Shown here piece after piece: positions 1-9,695 of a stretch of DNA of 64,000 bases. Source of the stretch: a bacterium (GTDB lineage Bacteria > SAR324 > NAC60-12). The stretch covers positions 640,001-704,000 of the forward strand of contig CBDBHR010000029.1 of NCBI GenBank assembly GCA_965205865.1, read 5' to 3'. The translations under genes were made by a program, and so were the position numbers. Within the stretch, counting starts at the first letter, position 1, and each line of letters begins with the position of its first letter. A model generated the notes under the pieces. It was not told the DNA's origin, did not search any database, and saw nothing but the letters and a program-made list of their open reading frames with translations.

Positions 1-791
1 CCAAAAATGGCAAAAAGTGAAGGGGCAGCCCGCTTGGGAAGGGTGTGAGTTTTCCCACCAATGTGAAACTTGGAGGAGGTCAAGAAAATTCATGGCCGTA
101 CGCAGGGAGAAAGAGGAGGAACTCAAAGGGATGGCCACCCTCTTTGAGATGAAGGAGTACGATTATTTTTGTTATGTTCTCACTGACGCGCTCACTCCCT
201 GGCAGGCTCACAAAGAGTATGGCCAAAGGGCGGTCGCTGAGACATGGATTGAGGAAGCAAAAAATCAAACTGCGCTGGCTCAGATTAAAACCGACGATTT
301 TTGGGCCAACAGTGCCTTGTTCCAATGCGCGATACTCGCTTACAACACGCTGCGCTGGATGGCCCTTTGTAGTGGTAACGCAATACTGCGCCGTTGGGAA
401 CCGGCCACCATGCGCACCTATCTTGTCCGAATGGCAGGAAAATGGACGAGTGGCGCTCGTCAACAAAAACTGAGAGTTCCGGAAAGAACACTTTACAATG
501 CTCAATGGGATGCATGGGTCGCTGTTGGAGAGACCTGGATCCTTTGTTTCACTCCAGTGGATACATTTTGCTGAGATGTAGATTCCCAAATCCAGGGAGA
601 AGTACGTCTTGAATCTTGTGCCCGCGAAAGCGGGTATCAGATCATCACAAAATATGACGATCTAATGGAGGGCGGAAAAACCTTTATGAGCAAGGACTGA
701 TGGAAATTCAACTCTCAACTCCTTTTTTTTAAAAAAACCTCTCAAAGAGTGAGGGGAAACTCAATCAAAATATTCAATTGCAGGATTTAGG
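1..791 (+). mobile_element. IS1380-family insertion sequence, copy 1 (left part outside window)
   Basis: Near-identical to 2292-3082; ends in right TIR AATTGCAGGATTTAGG at 776-791. Confidence 0.9.
2..574 (+). CDS. IS1380-family DDE transposase, C-terminal part (cut by window edge)
   Basis: Translation identical to the C-terminus of 1483..2865. Confidence 0.9.
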   Translation, partial: QKWQKVKGQPAWEGCEFSHQCETWRRSRKFMAVRREKEEELKGMATLFEMKEYDYFCYVLTDALTPWQAHKEYGQRAVAETWIEEAKNQTALAQIKTDDFWANSALFQCAILAYNTLRWMALCSGNAILRRWEPATMRTYLVRMAGKWTSGARQQKLRVPERTLYNAQWDAWVAVGETWILCFTPVDTFC

Positions 792-1386
792 TACTATAGG
801 AACTACGGGATAGTTATTGCCTTTTAGGCCAACTACCATACCGTCATAGTTTTCCCCCCTGCAGCTAAGCATCGACATAAAAGTGGCAAACTCCACCTGA
901 TTAATCTCCAGCTCGATGCCAATCTCAGCAAGGTAGGAGGCAACTATTTGGGCCCACCCTACGTCCAGACCGCCGACCCATGAGTCGTTGATATGGTAGG
1001 TGGTCTTAAATCTAATGCCATCGGCACCAGGGGTATACCCAGCCTCATCAAGGAGTGCCTTTGCCTTTTCCGGGTTGTAGGTATGCTCCGCCTGAAGCTC
1101 TTCAGGCCACTCATCAAACGGTTTAAACCACCCGATAACGGCTGGCCCGCCAAAGCCCCTAGGTGTGGGGTCGGTTTTACCCTTGTAGTAGGTCTGGGAA
1201 ACGGTGGGGATGTCAATTGCCATCTGCATCGCCTTGCGCACCCTGTTGTCATCAAAGGGTGGCTTTGTGACGTTCAGGGCCATATTTTGCTTGTTTTGGC
1301 CTAACGGTCCTGCCCTGAATTGGAGTTCAGGGCTGTTCTCTATTAGACCCTCTGCCACTTTGGGTTCAACACCAATTAATATATCA
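792..1386 (-). pseudogene. Peptide/nickel ABC substrate-binding protein (SBP family 5), middle fragment between two IS1380 copies
   Basis: PPFDDNRVRKAMQMAID and YNPEKAKALLDEAGY motifs; continues 3083..4064 once the IS is removed. Confidence 0.88.
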
Positions 1387-3082
1387 CCTAAATCCTGCAA
1401 TTAGATGACAATCAAACATGGAAATGGTAATATACTCAAATAGTTAACAGCAGAATCAACATTTTAAGAGATCACCATTACCATGAAAAACAAAGGTAGC
1501 GCAAGATCGGCAAGAACGACAGCAAAAAACATCCATATCAGCCAGGGAGGCAGAGACCTGACCGCGCAAGCAGGCTTGATTCCGGTTGTCAAATTTTTTC
1601 ACAAAGAAGGGATTGTTTCAAAGACAGAGCAGACCGTAGATCATCGGCGTGGCGCCACGGGTCTTTATGACGCGGTGGACATGGTCATTTTGTCGGTGGT
1701 CGGCATTGTTGGTGGCGCCCGTTCGATTCGTTCGATTGTGACAGTTTGGAACGACCGTGTTTTGAGTCGTGTGGCCGGTTGGCTGAGGATTCCGGATGAA
1801 ACCACATTCGGCCGGATACTGCGTACTTTCACACAGAAAAACATCAATGAGATGGAGAGCTTGAACCATCGGATTCGAGCCGGTATCTGGCGTAAGGCGC
1901 TTCGAAGTGGGACAAGCATCGTTGGGGTGTTACACTGTCTTGTGATTGACGTGGACTCCACTGTGAAAACGGCCTACGGCAAGCAGCAAGGAGTGTCTGT
2001 CGGATATAATCCCCACAAACGCGGTGCAGCTTCGTATCATCCTCTGCTGGCATTTTGCGCAGAGACAAAGGAGATTCTTCAGGGTTGGCTTCGTGATGGG
2101 AGTGCCTATACCAGCAATGGAGTCGTTGAATTCATGCGGCAACTTCTCGCTCACCTTCCAAATCGGACTCGCACTCTGTTTCGTGGAGACAGTGGTTTTT
2201 TTGTGGGGGATTTGCTGGATTTCCTCGAAGAACGAGGCCATGGCTATCTGATCAAGGTCAAACTCAAGGGGCTTGTCTCGTTGTTGGAAACCCAAAAATG
2301 GCAAAAAGTGAAGGGGCAGCCCGCTTGGGAAGGGTGTGAGTTTTCCCACCAATGTGAAACTTGGAGGAGGTCAAGAAAATTCATGGCCGTACGCAGGGAG
2401 AAAGAGGAGGAACTCAAAGGGATGGCCACCCTCTTTGAGATGAAGGAGTACGATTATTTTTGTTATGTTCTCACTGACGCGCTCACTCCCTGGCAGGCTC
2501 ACAAAGAGTATGGCCAAAGGGCGGTCGCTGAGACATGGATTGAGGAAGCAAAAAATCAAACTGCGCTGGCTCAGATTAAAACCGACGATTTTTGGGCCAA
2601 CAGTGCCTTGTTCCAATGCGCGATACTCGCTTACAACACGCTGCGCTGGATGGCCCTTTGTAGTGGTAACGCAATACTGCGCCGTTGGGAACCGGCCACC
2701 ATGCGCACCTATCTTGTCCGAATGGCAGGAAAATGGACGAGTGGCGCTCGTCAACAAAAACTGAGAGTTCCGGAAAGAACACTTTACAATGCTCAATGGG
2801 ATGCATGGGTCGCTGTTGGAGAGACCTGGATCCTTTGTTTCACTCCAGTGGATACATTTTGCTGAGATGTAGATTCCCAAATCCAGGGAGAAGTACGTCT
2901 TGAATCTTGTGCCCGCGAAAGTGGGTATCAGATCATCACAAAATATGACGATCTAATGGAGGGCGGAAAAACCTTTATGAGCAAGGACTGATGGAAATTC
3001 AACTCTCAAATCCTTTTTTTTAAAAAAACCTCTCAAAGAGTGGGGGGAAACTCAATCAAAATATTCAATTGCAGGATTTAGG
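1387..3082 (+). mobile_element. IS1380-family insertion sequence, copy 2 (complete)
   Basis: 16-bp TIR CCTAAATCCTGCAATT / AATTGCAGGATTTAGG; 5-bp target duplication TATCA at 1382-1386 and 3083-3087. Confidence 0.93.
1483..2865 (+). CDS. IS1380-family DDE transposase
   Basis: 460 aa; IDVDST, YHPLLAF, RGDSGF and YGQRAVAETWIEEAK motifs. Confidence 0.92.
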   Translation: MKNKGSARSARTTAKNIHISQGGRDLTAQAGLIPVVKFFHKEGIVSKTEQTVDHRRGATGLYDAVDMVILSVVGIVGGARSIRSIVTVWNDRVLSRVAGWLRIPDETTFGRILRTFTQKNINEMESLNHRIRAGIWRKALRSGTSIVGVLHCLVIDVDSTVKTAYGKQQGVSVGYNPHKRGAASYHPLLAFCAETKEILQGWLRDGSAYTSNGVVEFMRQLLAHLPNRTRTLFRGDSGFFVGDLLDFLEERGHGYLIKVKLKGLVSLLETQKWQKVKGQPAWEGCEFSHQCETWRRSRKFMAVRREKEEELKGMATLFEMKEYDYFCYVLTDALTPWQAHKEYGQRAVAETWIEEAKNQTALAQIKTDDFWANSALFQCAILAYNTLRWMALCSGNAILRRWEPATMRTYLVRMAGKWTSGARQQKLRVPERTLYNAQWDAWVAVGETWILCFTPVDTFC

Positions 3083-4064
3083 TATCAAGTTTGCCCGAGC
3101 TTAACGCGGCTAGTCTTGTCCCCATGTCGGGCATGATCAATACTTCGGCTTCGTCAACATAGGGTAACCTGTTTTCCGGGTAACGGGGGTCATAGGCCCA
3201 GTAGTCGGGGTTCTTGGCGAAGGACCACGAGGAACCGTCGACATGGTCGATTATTATGAAAGGCCCGGTGCCGATGGCGTACCGCCAGTCGTTCATACTT
3301 CCGTACATGTCAATCGGTTCGCGCGGTACTATTAGCGCTACCTCCTCCTCGTATAAAATTGTCGTCAGCGCTATGGAGCTTGGCCTCGATAGCTTAAACT
3401 CAACAGTATATTCATCCGTAGCCGTTACGGATTCTATCGGTATATTGTCTATAGTAGCCGCCCTGTCAGATTGCCCAACCTCCTCAAACTCGCCAAGACC
3501 GGTTAGCCGCTCGAAGGTGTATTCGACATCTTTAGCCGTCAGCTCCCGACCGTTCACCGGAGGTTTATTCTGCCAGTGCACCCCTTGACGGATGTGAATG
3601 ATGATGGTGGTTGAGTCGGGCGTTTCCCAGCCTGTAGCAAGATGGGTCACCATAACCTCGAAGGGCATATACTTGCTCGTAAAGTCAAACATATCCCGGT
3701 CTACTTTGAAGTCACCGATAACCATCTTTTCTAAGAAGAAACCCGATAAGGCTCTGGCTTGGATGGCCTCGTAGTAGTCGGTAGTCTCAGTATCATCTAC
3801 CATAAAGGTGGTGATTTTGCCACCATACTGTGGCAGCCCTACCATCTTGCCGGTTGCCGGGTCTTTGACCATCTCGGCCGCAATGGCCGAACTACTCCAA
3901 AGGACGATCAGACCCAGGATGAGGGCTGGCAGGGTTGCACTGAAGGTTGATTTGCTTTTTTGATGATCCATCTTTTTCCTTTCGATTGCATGTTCAAAAT
4001 TAAGGATTGCTTTAAAACCTGCTTTCGGTCCCGAAAGCACGTTGTCGAGGATTTCTCTACCCAT
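3083..4064 (-). pseudogene. Peptide/nickel ABC substrate-binding protein, N-terminal part, IS-disrupted
   Basis: Signal peptide, PQYGG, HLATGWETPD, GVHWQNKPPVNGRELTA and GTGPF motifs. Confidence 0.9.
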
Positions 4065-4179
4065 TGGGTCTCCTTCATTTTGGAGTGATTAAAAACCGAT
4101 CCATTGGCTCCAGGATGGGGCCATGAACCCTGAGCTTTCAATGCTCTTGAGGAATTTCCATTGGCTGAAATGAACTGAG

Positions 4180-4270
4180 GTGAAATTTAAGGATCTCTTC
4201 CCCTCGGACTAGGCGTCGCTTCCGCGTACGGCCCCGTCGAGATAACATAAGGGGGGACAACCCAATGAAT
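4180..4270 (-). other. Conserved leader motif, copy A (candidate structured RNA)
   Basis: Homologous to 9488-9626, 18003-18076 and 50100-50180; always downstream of the same promoter and a heptamer array. Confidence 0.55.
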
Positions 4271-4371
4271 TTGGGGCTTAGGACTTAGAACTTGGAGCTT
4301 GGAGTTGGGTGCCGGGTGCTTGGATTTTGGAACTGTGACTGGGAACTAGGAACTAAGTGCAGGGTGCAGGA

Positions 4372-4400
4372 ATTGTACTCTCATATTAACCTCGTGTCAA
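4372..4400 (-). promoter_or_regulatory. Sigma70-type promoter TTGACA-17-TACAAT facing the SBP gene
   Basis: Near-consensus hexamers, 17-bp spacer, conserved in three other copies. Confidence 0.75.
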
Positions 4401-4479
4401 GTTATTTTTTATGCTCGAAACAGACATGTCATCTTAATTTCAGACTTTCTGACGGTACATCCGAAAAACGAAAGATCGC

Positions 4480-4997
4480 ATGATTGCCTTTCTGTCAGCC
4501 CAAGGCGATTTCGTTGAAAATTATCAAAAAAGAAATAGAAAAACAAGCCGAAATTCTTAAAAACCGTCAGCCCAAGGCGATTTCTTGAAAACGATCACAA
4601 AAGAACGATGATGGCAATATCCTGGTAGATTTCATTATCCCCTTCAGTATCCTCTCAATATAACAATGTTTAGAGGAGGTCAATCGATTTTTTTGCTCAT
4701 CTTAACTCCTCAGTGGCGAGTGCTTGTCTCATCCAGGACTTGATCCTCGCTCCTATTTGTATCAGTCTTTGAAAATAGCGAAGGCATCCTTCCAGCATAG
4801 TATAACAATATTTAGAGGAGGTCAATAGATTTTTTTGCTCATCTTAACTCCTCAGGGGCGAGTGCTTGTCTCATCCTGGACTTGATCCTCGCTGCTCTCT
4901 GTGTCAGTCCTTGAAAATACTGGGCAATCCTGCCCTTCCCGGAACGAAAAGCATGGGATTCAGAGCGCATCATTTCAAGGAGTGATGCGCACTCGGC
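4480..4997 (-). repeat. Upstream promoter-platform repeat with a tandem ~142-bp unit (small-gene 3' end + TTGACC -35 box)
   Basis: Homologous to ~51030-51675 and, inverted, to ~9028-9195; TTGACC-17-TACTAT at 4825-4797. Confidence 0.8.
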
Positions 4998-5141
4998 CAA
5001 TTGAAAATCAGGGATATGGGAAAGTTGTCTCTGGTCCTCATTCAATTGATAAAATTCAGTCCACTTAACAAGAAGATCCACCTGCGGAGCAAAGCGGAGT
5101 CAGGTGAAACGACTGGTTGGAAAATCCTGTCCCAAACTCAT
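4839..5141 (-). pseudogene. Small hypothetical protein with in-frame TGA at codon 14
   Basis: ATG at 5141 overlaps the regulator stop (ATGA) and is in frame with ORF 4839..5081. Confidence 0.5.
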
Positions 5142-5767
5142 CGATACTTTTTCTTTTTCTCGACAACGACTCCGATTATTCGGTATTGTGTATTCTTGCT
5201 CAGCTCAATGTCCTCATATTTAGCGTTCAATGGATGCAGTACCCTTACTTTTCCATATTTCTTTAATTGTTTGAAAGTTGCTTCCCACTCTTCATTACAA
5301 ACCACAATATAATCATTGTGCCCGGCCTTGAGATAAGGATTAATCACAATGATGTCTTCTTGATAAAATTCTGGTTCCATGCTATCTCCCCGAACCCGCA
5401 AAGCAAAAGTTCCTTTGGAGTCTGTCTCCATAAAATCCCCATCCTCCTGTTGGGAATTCGCGCATTCTCTCCAATGACCCGCCTGTGTCCATGCCAGGAT
5501 CGGGATCTGTTTGATCCTGCCTTTTTGTTCTGGTTTTCTCTCTACAGAAAGATAGCCTGTTTCTCTGAGAAATTCTTCAATTTCGATGCGATAAGTCTCC
5601 AAGAACCCCATCACCATCTCAAAGGAAGGCACACTGCTGCCGTTTTCTATGTCTCGGATGTGGGTATGAGAGACGCCTGAGAGCTGGGACGCTTGGCGCA
5701 GCGATAATCCTGCTTGATTCCTTTTCTCCTTTAAAAAGACTCCAATCGTTTTCATAGTGTAAATCAT
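5138..5767 (-). CDS. XRE-HTH / S24 peptidase (CI/LexA-like) transcriptional regulator
   Basis: N-terminal HTH (LSLRQASQLSGVSHTHIRDIENG); FALRVRGDSMEP and ATFKQL catalytic Ser/Lys motifs; start may be ATG at 5755. Confidence 0.9.
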   Translation of the reverse strand: MIYTMKTIGVFLKEKRNQAGLSLRQASQLSGVSHTHIRDIENGSSVPSFEMVMGFLETYRIEIEEFLRETGYLSVERKPEQKGRIKQIPILAWTQAGHWRECANSQQEDGDFMETDSKGTFALRVRGDSMEPEFYQEDIIVINPYLKAGHNDYIVVCNEEWEATFKQLKKYGKVRVLHPLNAKYEDIELSKNTQYRIIGVVVEKKKKYR

Positions 5768-5820
5768 ATCTTACTTTTTTATTGGGACCAATTTTATTTT
5801 AAATGTAAGATATATATTAC
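5759..5820. promoter_or_regulatory. Two GTAA-N8-TTAC palindromes, candidate operators of the adjacent repressor
   Basis: 5759-5774 and 5805-5820, at the regulator 5' end. Confidence 0.5.
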
Positions 5821-5895
5821 AATCATATATTTCTCAAGTTAAAGGACAAATTTCATGACAATGACACAATTCGAATATTTGAAATGAAAGATATA

Positions 5896-6390
5896 ATGAA
5901 CGAATAGGAGAATCATTCATTGATCTATAAGCGACGTCATCCCGAAAAAACAGAATACTATCGCATTATTTAAGCCAATTTTGAAGCATTTGAAAGGAAC
6001 TATCCGGAACTCTTTGAGGAGAATTATGGCTACCTGAGGAAAGACATCATGCCCGCCATTTACGCCTATCTGGACTGTGGAATTCCAGAGAACGGTGTGG
6101 CAAGGGTGAGGTGTGAATGTGGAGAAGACTTCTTTGTGGCTTTTTCCTGCAAAAAAAGAATGATTTGTCCCAGTTGCTCGACAAAAAGGTCCATCCTCTT
6201 TGGCGAGAAAGTCCGAGAAATCGTCAAGCCGTTTCCTCATCTTCATGTGACCTTTACTATCCCCAAAATCCTCAGAGGCTATTTCCGCAGAAACAGAAAA
6301 TTATTGAAATTGCTGACACAAAGTGCGAATTTCGCCATCAAACAATATTTTCACGAAACGTTAAGCATCAAGGACGGATATACTGGCGGA
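5896..6390 (+). pseudogene. IS91-family transposase, zinc-binding N-terminal fragment
   Basis: YLDCG..ARVRCECG..VAFSCKKRMICPSC..HVTFTIP; upstream in-frame stops; cut by IS256. Confidence 0.85.
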
Positions 6391-7773
6391 GAGTTATTGT
6401 CAAAAGTGGTGTTTGAGTTAAAAATCAAGCGGCAATCCGGATTTCAGGAATCACCTCGATTCCATCAGAGAATTGTACACCTTCAATCACCTTTGCCAGG
6501 TAATCAAAGCCACGTAACTTTCTCCAATTCTTTTCTGCGCATTGTCCCAGCTTAAACATCATGTGCAGCATCCCTTCACGATTGAGACAGCCCTTTGATC
6601 TTTTGGTTCTGTGCCTTATGGTACCAAAGGTGGATTCAATCGGGTTGCTGGTTCGTATACTCTGCCAATGTTTAGCAGGGAAATCATAAAAGGCCAGTAA
6701 CTCTTCACGATCTTGCTGTAGAGAAAGGGTGGCCTTTGGATATTTATCCTGATAGGTTTCAATGAAGAGTTCAAAGGCTTTCTCCGCATTGATTTTAGTC
6801 TCTGCCTGCCAGATTTCATGTATCGCCTCTTTAGCTTTAGGCTGTGAGCTTTTGGGCAGAGAGTTAAGGATATTAGCTGTTTTGTGTACCCAGCAGCGCT
6901 GATGACGTGTCTGAGGATATACTTCATCCATGGCAGCCCAAAACCCCATGGCTCCATCACCAATAGCTAACTGAGGAACATTCATGCCACGGCTTTTGAG
7001 TTTCAGCAGAACCTCTCTCCAACTCTGAGTGGACTCTCGTACACCATCTTCGATGGCTAAAAAACGTTTCTGACCTCTTTCGTTGACTCCAATGATAACC
7101 AATGCGCAAAGTTTATCCTTCTCGGATCGAAGACCTGAATAGATGCCATCTACCCAGACATAGGCCCAGCGGTCTTCATCCAGTGGTGCCTCCCGCCAAC
7201 GTTGATATTCATTTGCCCATTCACTCTTGAGGCGTGAGACAGTGCTGGCTGAGAGGCCCTGTGCATCATGACCGACCAGGACTTTTAATGCTTCCCCCAT
7301 CTCTCCGGTAGAAACACCTTTCAGGTACAGCCATGGTAATGCTGCTTCCAGGGTTCTGGTTTTTCTGACATAGGGCGGAACCAAGGCAGAACGGAAAGTC
7401 AGTGCCTTCCCATCTTTTGAACGTACCTTGGGGATGCGGACACTGACTGGGCCTATACCTGTCAGGATTTCTCGTTTTGGCAGGTAGCCGTTGCGTACCA
7501 ACGCAAGCCTTCCATCATCGGCTATGCGTTGATGCTGAGACAAATACTCGCTCAATTCTGTTTCTACTGCCTGACGTATTAATTGCTGTGCCCCGTCTCG
7601 TAACAACTCGTTCAGAACATCTGAAACACTCTCTTTATTATCGAACTCTAAAATGCTGTTCTTTCCCATAGTGGCATATCCTTTTTATTTGGTTGATTGA
7701 TATTCGAAAATTCTAGTCAACCAGATATGCCGCCTTTTTTCAATTCCTCAAACACCAGATTCGATTATAGCTC
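6391..7773 (-). mobile_element. IS256-family insertion sequence
   Basis: Imperfect 27-bp TIR GAGTTATTGTCAAAAGTGGTGTTTGAG / CTCAAACACCAGATTCGATTATAGCTC; no matching target duplication. Confidence 0.88.
6425..7669 (-). CDS. IS256-family (mutator-type) transposase
   Basis: 414 aa; RNGYLPKRE, YVWVDGIY, AIGDGAMGFW, QRCWVHK and IRTSNPIES motifs. Confidence 0.93.
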   Translation of the reverse strand: MGKNSILEFDNKESVSDVLNELLRDGAQQLIRQAVETELSEYLSQHQRIADDGRLALVRNGYLPKREILTGIGPVSVRIPKVRSKDGKALTFRSALVPPYVRKTRTLEAALPWLYLKGVSTGEMGEALKVLVGHDAQGLSASTVSRLKSEWANEYQRWREAPLDEDRWAYVWVDGIYSGLRSEKDKLCALVIIGVNERGQKRFLAIEDGVRESTQSWREVLLKLKSRGMNVPQLAIGDGAMGFWAAMDEVYPQTRHQRCWVHKTANILNSLPKSSQPKAKEAIHEIWQAETKINAEKAFELFIETYQDKYPKATLSLQQDREELLAFYDFPAKHWQSIRTSNPIESTFGTIRHRTKRSKGCLNREGMLHMMFKLGQCAEKNWRKLRGFDYLAKVIEGVQFSDGIEVIPEIRIAA

Positions 7774-8018
7774 ATTCCTTGTTTTCCATATCCCAATTTT
7801 CTTTCAAAAGGATGTTCAAACTTTGGAGAAATGACTCTCATAAAAGTATCTGTTGCTTCAAGAATCCGTTTCCTTTGGGCGACAAGATGATTATCTGTTA
7901 CTGTTTCTTGATAGACTGCTTCAGGGATATATACTATCTCAAAAAGCTGGAAAAGAATGTCTAGCTGATCAACACTACTCAGTGCTATAAGAGGACTTGA
8001 ATTGGAAATGACAATCAT
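7774..8018 (-). pseudogene. DUF3368-like PIN-domain toxin, truncated by IS256
   Basis: MIVISNSSPLIAL..IPEAVYQE; coupled to a UPF0175 gene. Confidence 0.8.
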
Positions 8019-8290
8019 TTTTTGATTTGTTCCATCAAGTGTTGGAAGGAGGAATAACTTTCACGCAATTCATCAGGCGCCGCATTTATAAATGAAAGTC
8101 CTTTTTTCCCCAACAACTCGAAAAACTCAGTATATGTAATGCCTAGCAGTTGTGCTGCTTCCCCAAGGCTTAGATTTCCATATTGACGTTGTTCCATAAT
8201 AAAATCTTCATACATAGTTCGGCGAACATCCTCAATACTCTCAAATTGACTGACTATTTCATCGGGAATTTCTACTGTAATCTTTGCCAT
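8015..8290 (-). CDS. UPF0175-family antitoxin-like protein
   Basis: LSLGEAAQLLGITYTEFFELLGKKG motif; overlaps the PIN gene start. Confidence 0.8.
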   Translation of the reverse strand: MAKITVEIPDEIVSQFESIEDVRRTMYEDFIMEQRQYGNLSLGEAAQLLGITYTEFFELLGKKGLSFINAAPDELRESYSSFQHLMEQIKK

Positions 8291-8425
8291 TGGCTCTTCC
8301 TTTTTGATTACCTGAATTGGTTGCTATTTTTCATCTTAGAGTACAGTCTGCTCTTTTATTCAATCAAGAGTTTTTCACTTCTCGAATTTCTCGCTTTCGC
8401 AATTCTTGGTATGGTTGCTCGCAAG

Positions 8426-8677
8426 CTAGATCAAAGGGAATGGTCGGAATAGTGCTGAAGAATAGCACGGTTCCATCAGCTTCTGGTAGGCATGAACTCT
8501 GCGTTCTCCCTCTGCGCGTCGTGCCAGCACCGCTAAACATCCTCGCAGCATCTCTTCAACGGTAATAATGCTTACTGCCAGCGAATCTGGGGAAACTGCT
8601 GCAAAACGAATCTTTAGTGTGGGATGCCCTCTCTCCAGTAGGCTGAGATGATCGGTATCAAAGATCCGTTCAACCAT
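8426..8677 (-). pseudogene. VapC-like PIN toxin fragment
   Basis: IFDTDHLSLL..SIITVEEMLRG; C-terminus degenerate. Confidence 0.75.
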
Positions 8678-8790
8678 TATGTCCCATTCTCTGTTCGTTC
8701 GCGGTTGATTTCCTCGATGAAATCGTCGAAATCCGGGTCATCCGCCGATCGTCCGAAGGCCTTGAGCCATGGATGAGAGGATTCCAACCC
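8677..8790 (-). pseudogene. Antitoxin C-terminal fragment
   Basis: Translates HPWLKAFGRSADDPDFDDFIEEINRER; stop abuts the VapC start. Confidence 0.55.
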
Positions 8791-9027
8791 TGGAATCTCT
8801 ATATCGCTTCTCCAGTGCGGTATTTTCGATCTGATGATCTCAATTATGTCTCAATCGTGCTATGATTGGCAAGTTTTCATTCTTCTCTGTTTCTTCGGCG
8901 GCTATCTTTTATTGGACGCAAAAATTCGCAGATATCCACTGCATCGTTATAGATGCTTGCCTCTCTTTCAAAAAAAGCGCTCTCTTCACTCAAGAGAATT
9001 TCTAAATGATTGATGCACTTGCTCCAA

Positions 9028-9195
9028 TTTCAAGGATTGACACAGAGAAGAGCGAGGATCAAGTCCAGGATGACACAAGCACTCGCCCACTGAGGAGTTA
9101 AGATGAGCAAAAAAATCTATTGACATCCTCTAATATTTTATATAGACAGGATACTGAATGGGATCATGAAATTCACCAGGTTTTTGCCATCATAA
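9028..9195 (+). repeat. Promoter-platform upstream unit, inverted copy
   Basis: Reverse complement of the unit repeated in 4610-4915; TTGACA at 9120-9125. Confidence 0.75.
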
Positions 9196-9405
9196 TCTCC
9201 CATTGGTCGAAATGACACGTTTTTTCTTTAAATCACGGGAAATCTCAAAGAGCCATGAAATCTACCAGGTTTTTGCCATCAAAGTTAATGAGTTGCCGTA
9301 TTTAAAGAAAAGCTTGAGAAACATTTCCAGAACGAGTAAACATATTTCCAATTTCCAAGGACAAAAGAGCAATTCAGAGAGTCACCATATTAAAAATAAT
9401 AAAGA

Positions 9406-9434
9406 TTGACAAAAGGGTAAAATGAGAGTAAGTT
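9406..9434 (+). promoter_or_regulatory. Sigma70-type promoter TTGACA-17-TAAGTT
   Basis: Homologous to 4372-4400; faces the group II intron/RAYT element. Confidence 0.65.
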
Positions 9435-9487
9435 CAAGCACTCAGTTCTAAGTTCCCAGTCACAATTTCCAAGTTTCAAATCCCAAG

Positions 9488-9626
9488 TTCATTGGGTTCT
9501 ACACCGTGGTGTCATCTCGATGGGGCCGTCGGTACGCCCGATACGCGCACGGTGGTCCGCATACGGCGCATCGGCGTACCGGAAGCGGCGCCTGGTCTTC
9601 AGGGAGGGATCCTTAAGATTCCTCGT
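9488..9626 (+). other. Conserved leader motif, copy B (with expanded internal hairpin)
   Basis: Matches copy A flanks; insert GGTACGCC...GGCGTACC is self-complementary. Confidence 0.5.
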
Positions 9627-9695
9627 TCCAAATTCCAAGCCCCAAGTCCTACGTTCCAAGTTTCAGGAACAGAAGGGCAAAAAAGGGGTCAGGCT

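Noticed and set aside
774-1400. ORF 774..1400 as an independent gene
   Set aside because: Its start and stop are supplied by the flanking IS1380 ends; it is an internal SBP fragment
4480-4920. Repeated blocks (also 51030-51600) resembling a CRISPR array
   Set aside because: Units are long imperfect tandem duplications without unique equal-length spacers; no cas genes in the window
5138-5767. CI-like repressor as a sign of a prophage
   Set aside because: No phage structural, replication or integrase genes nearby
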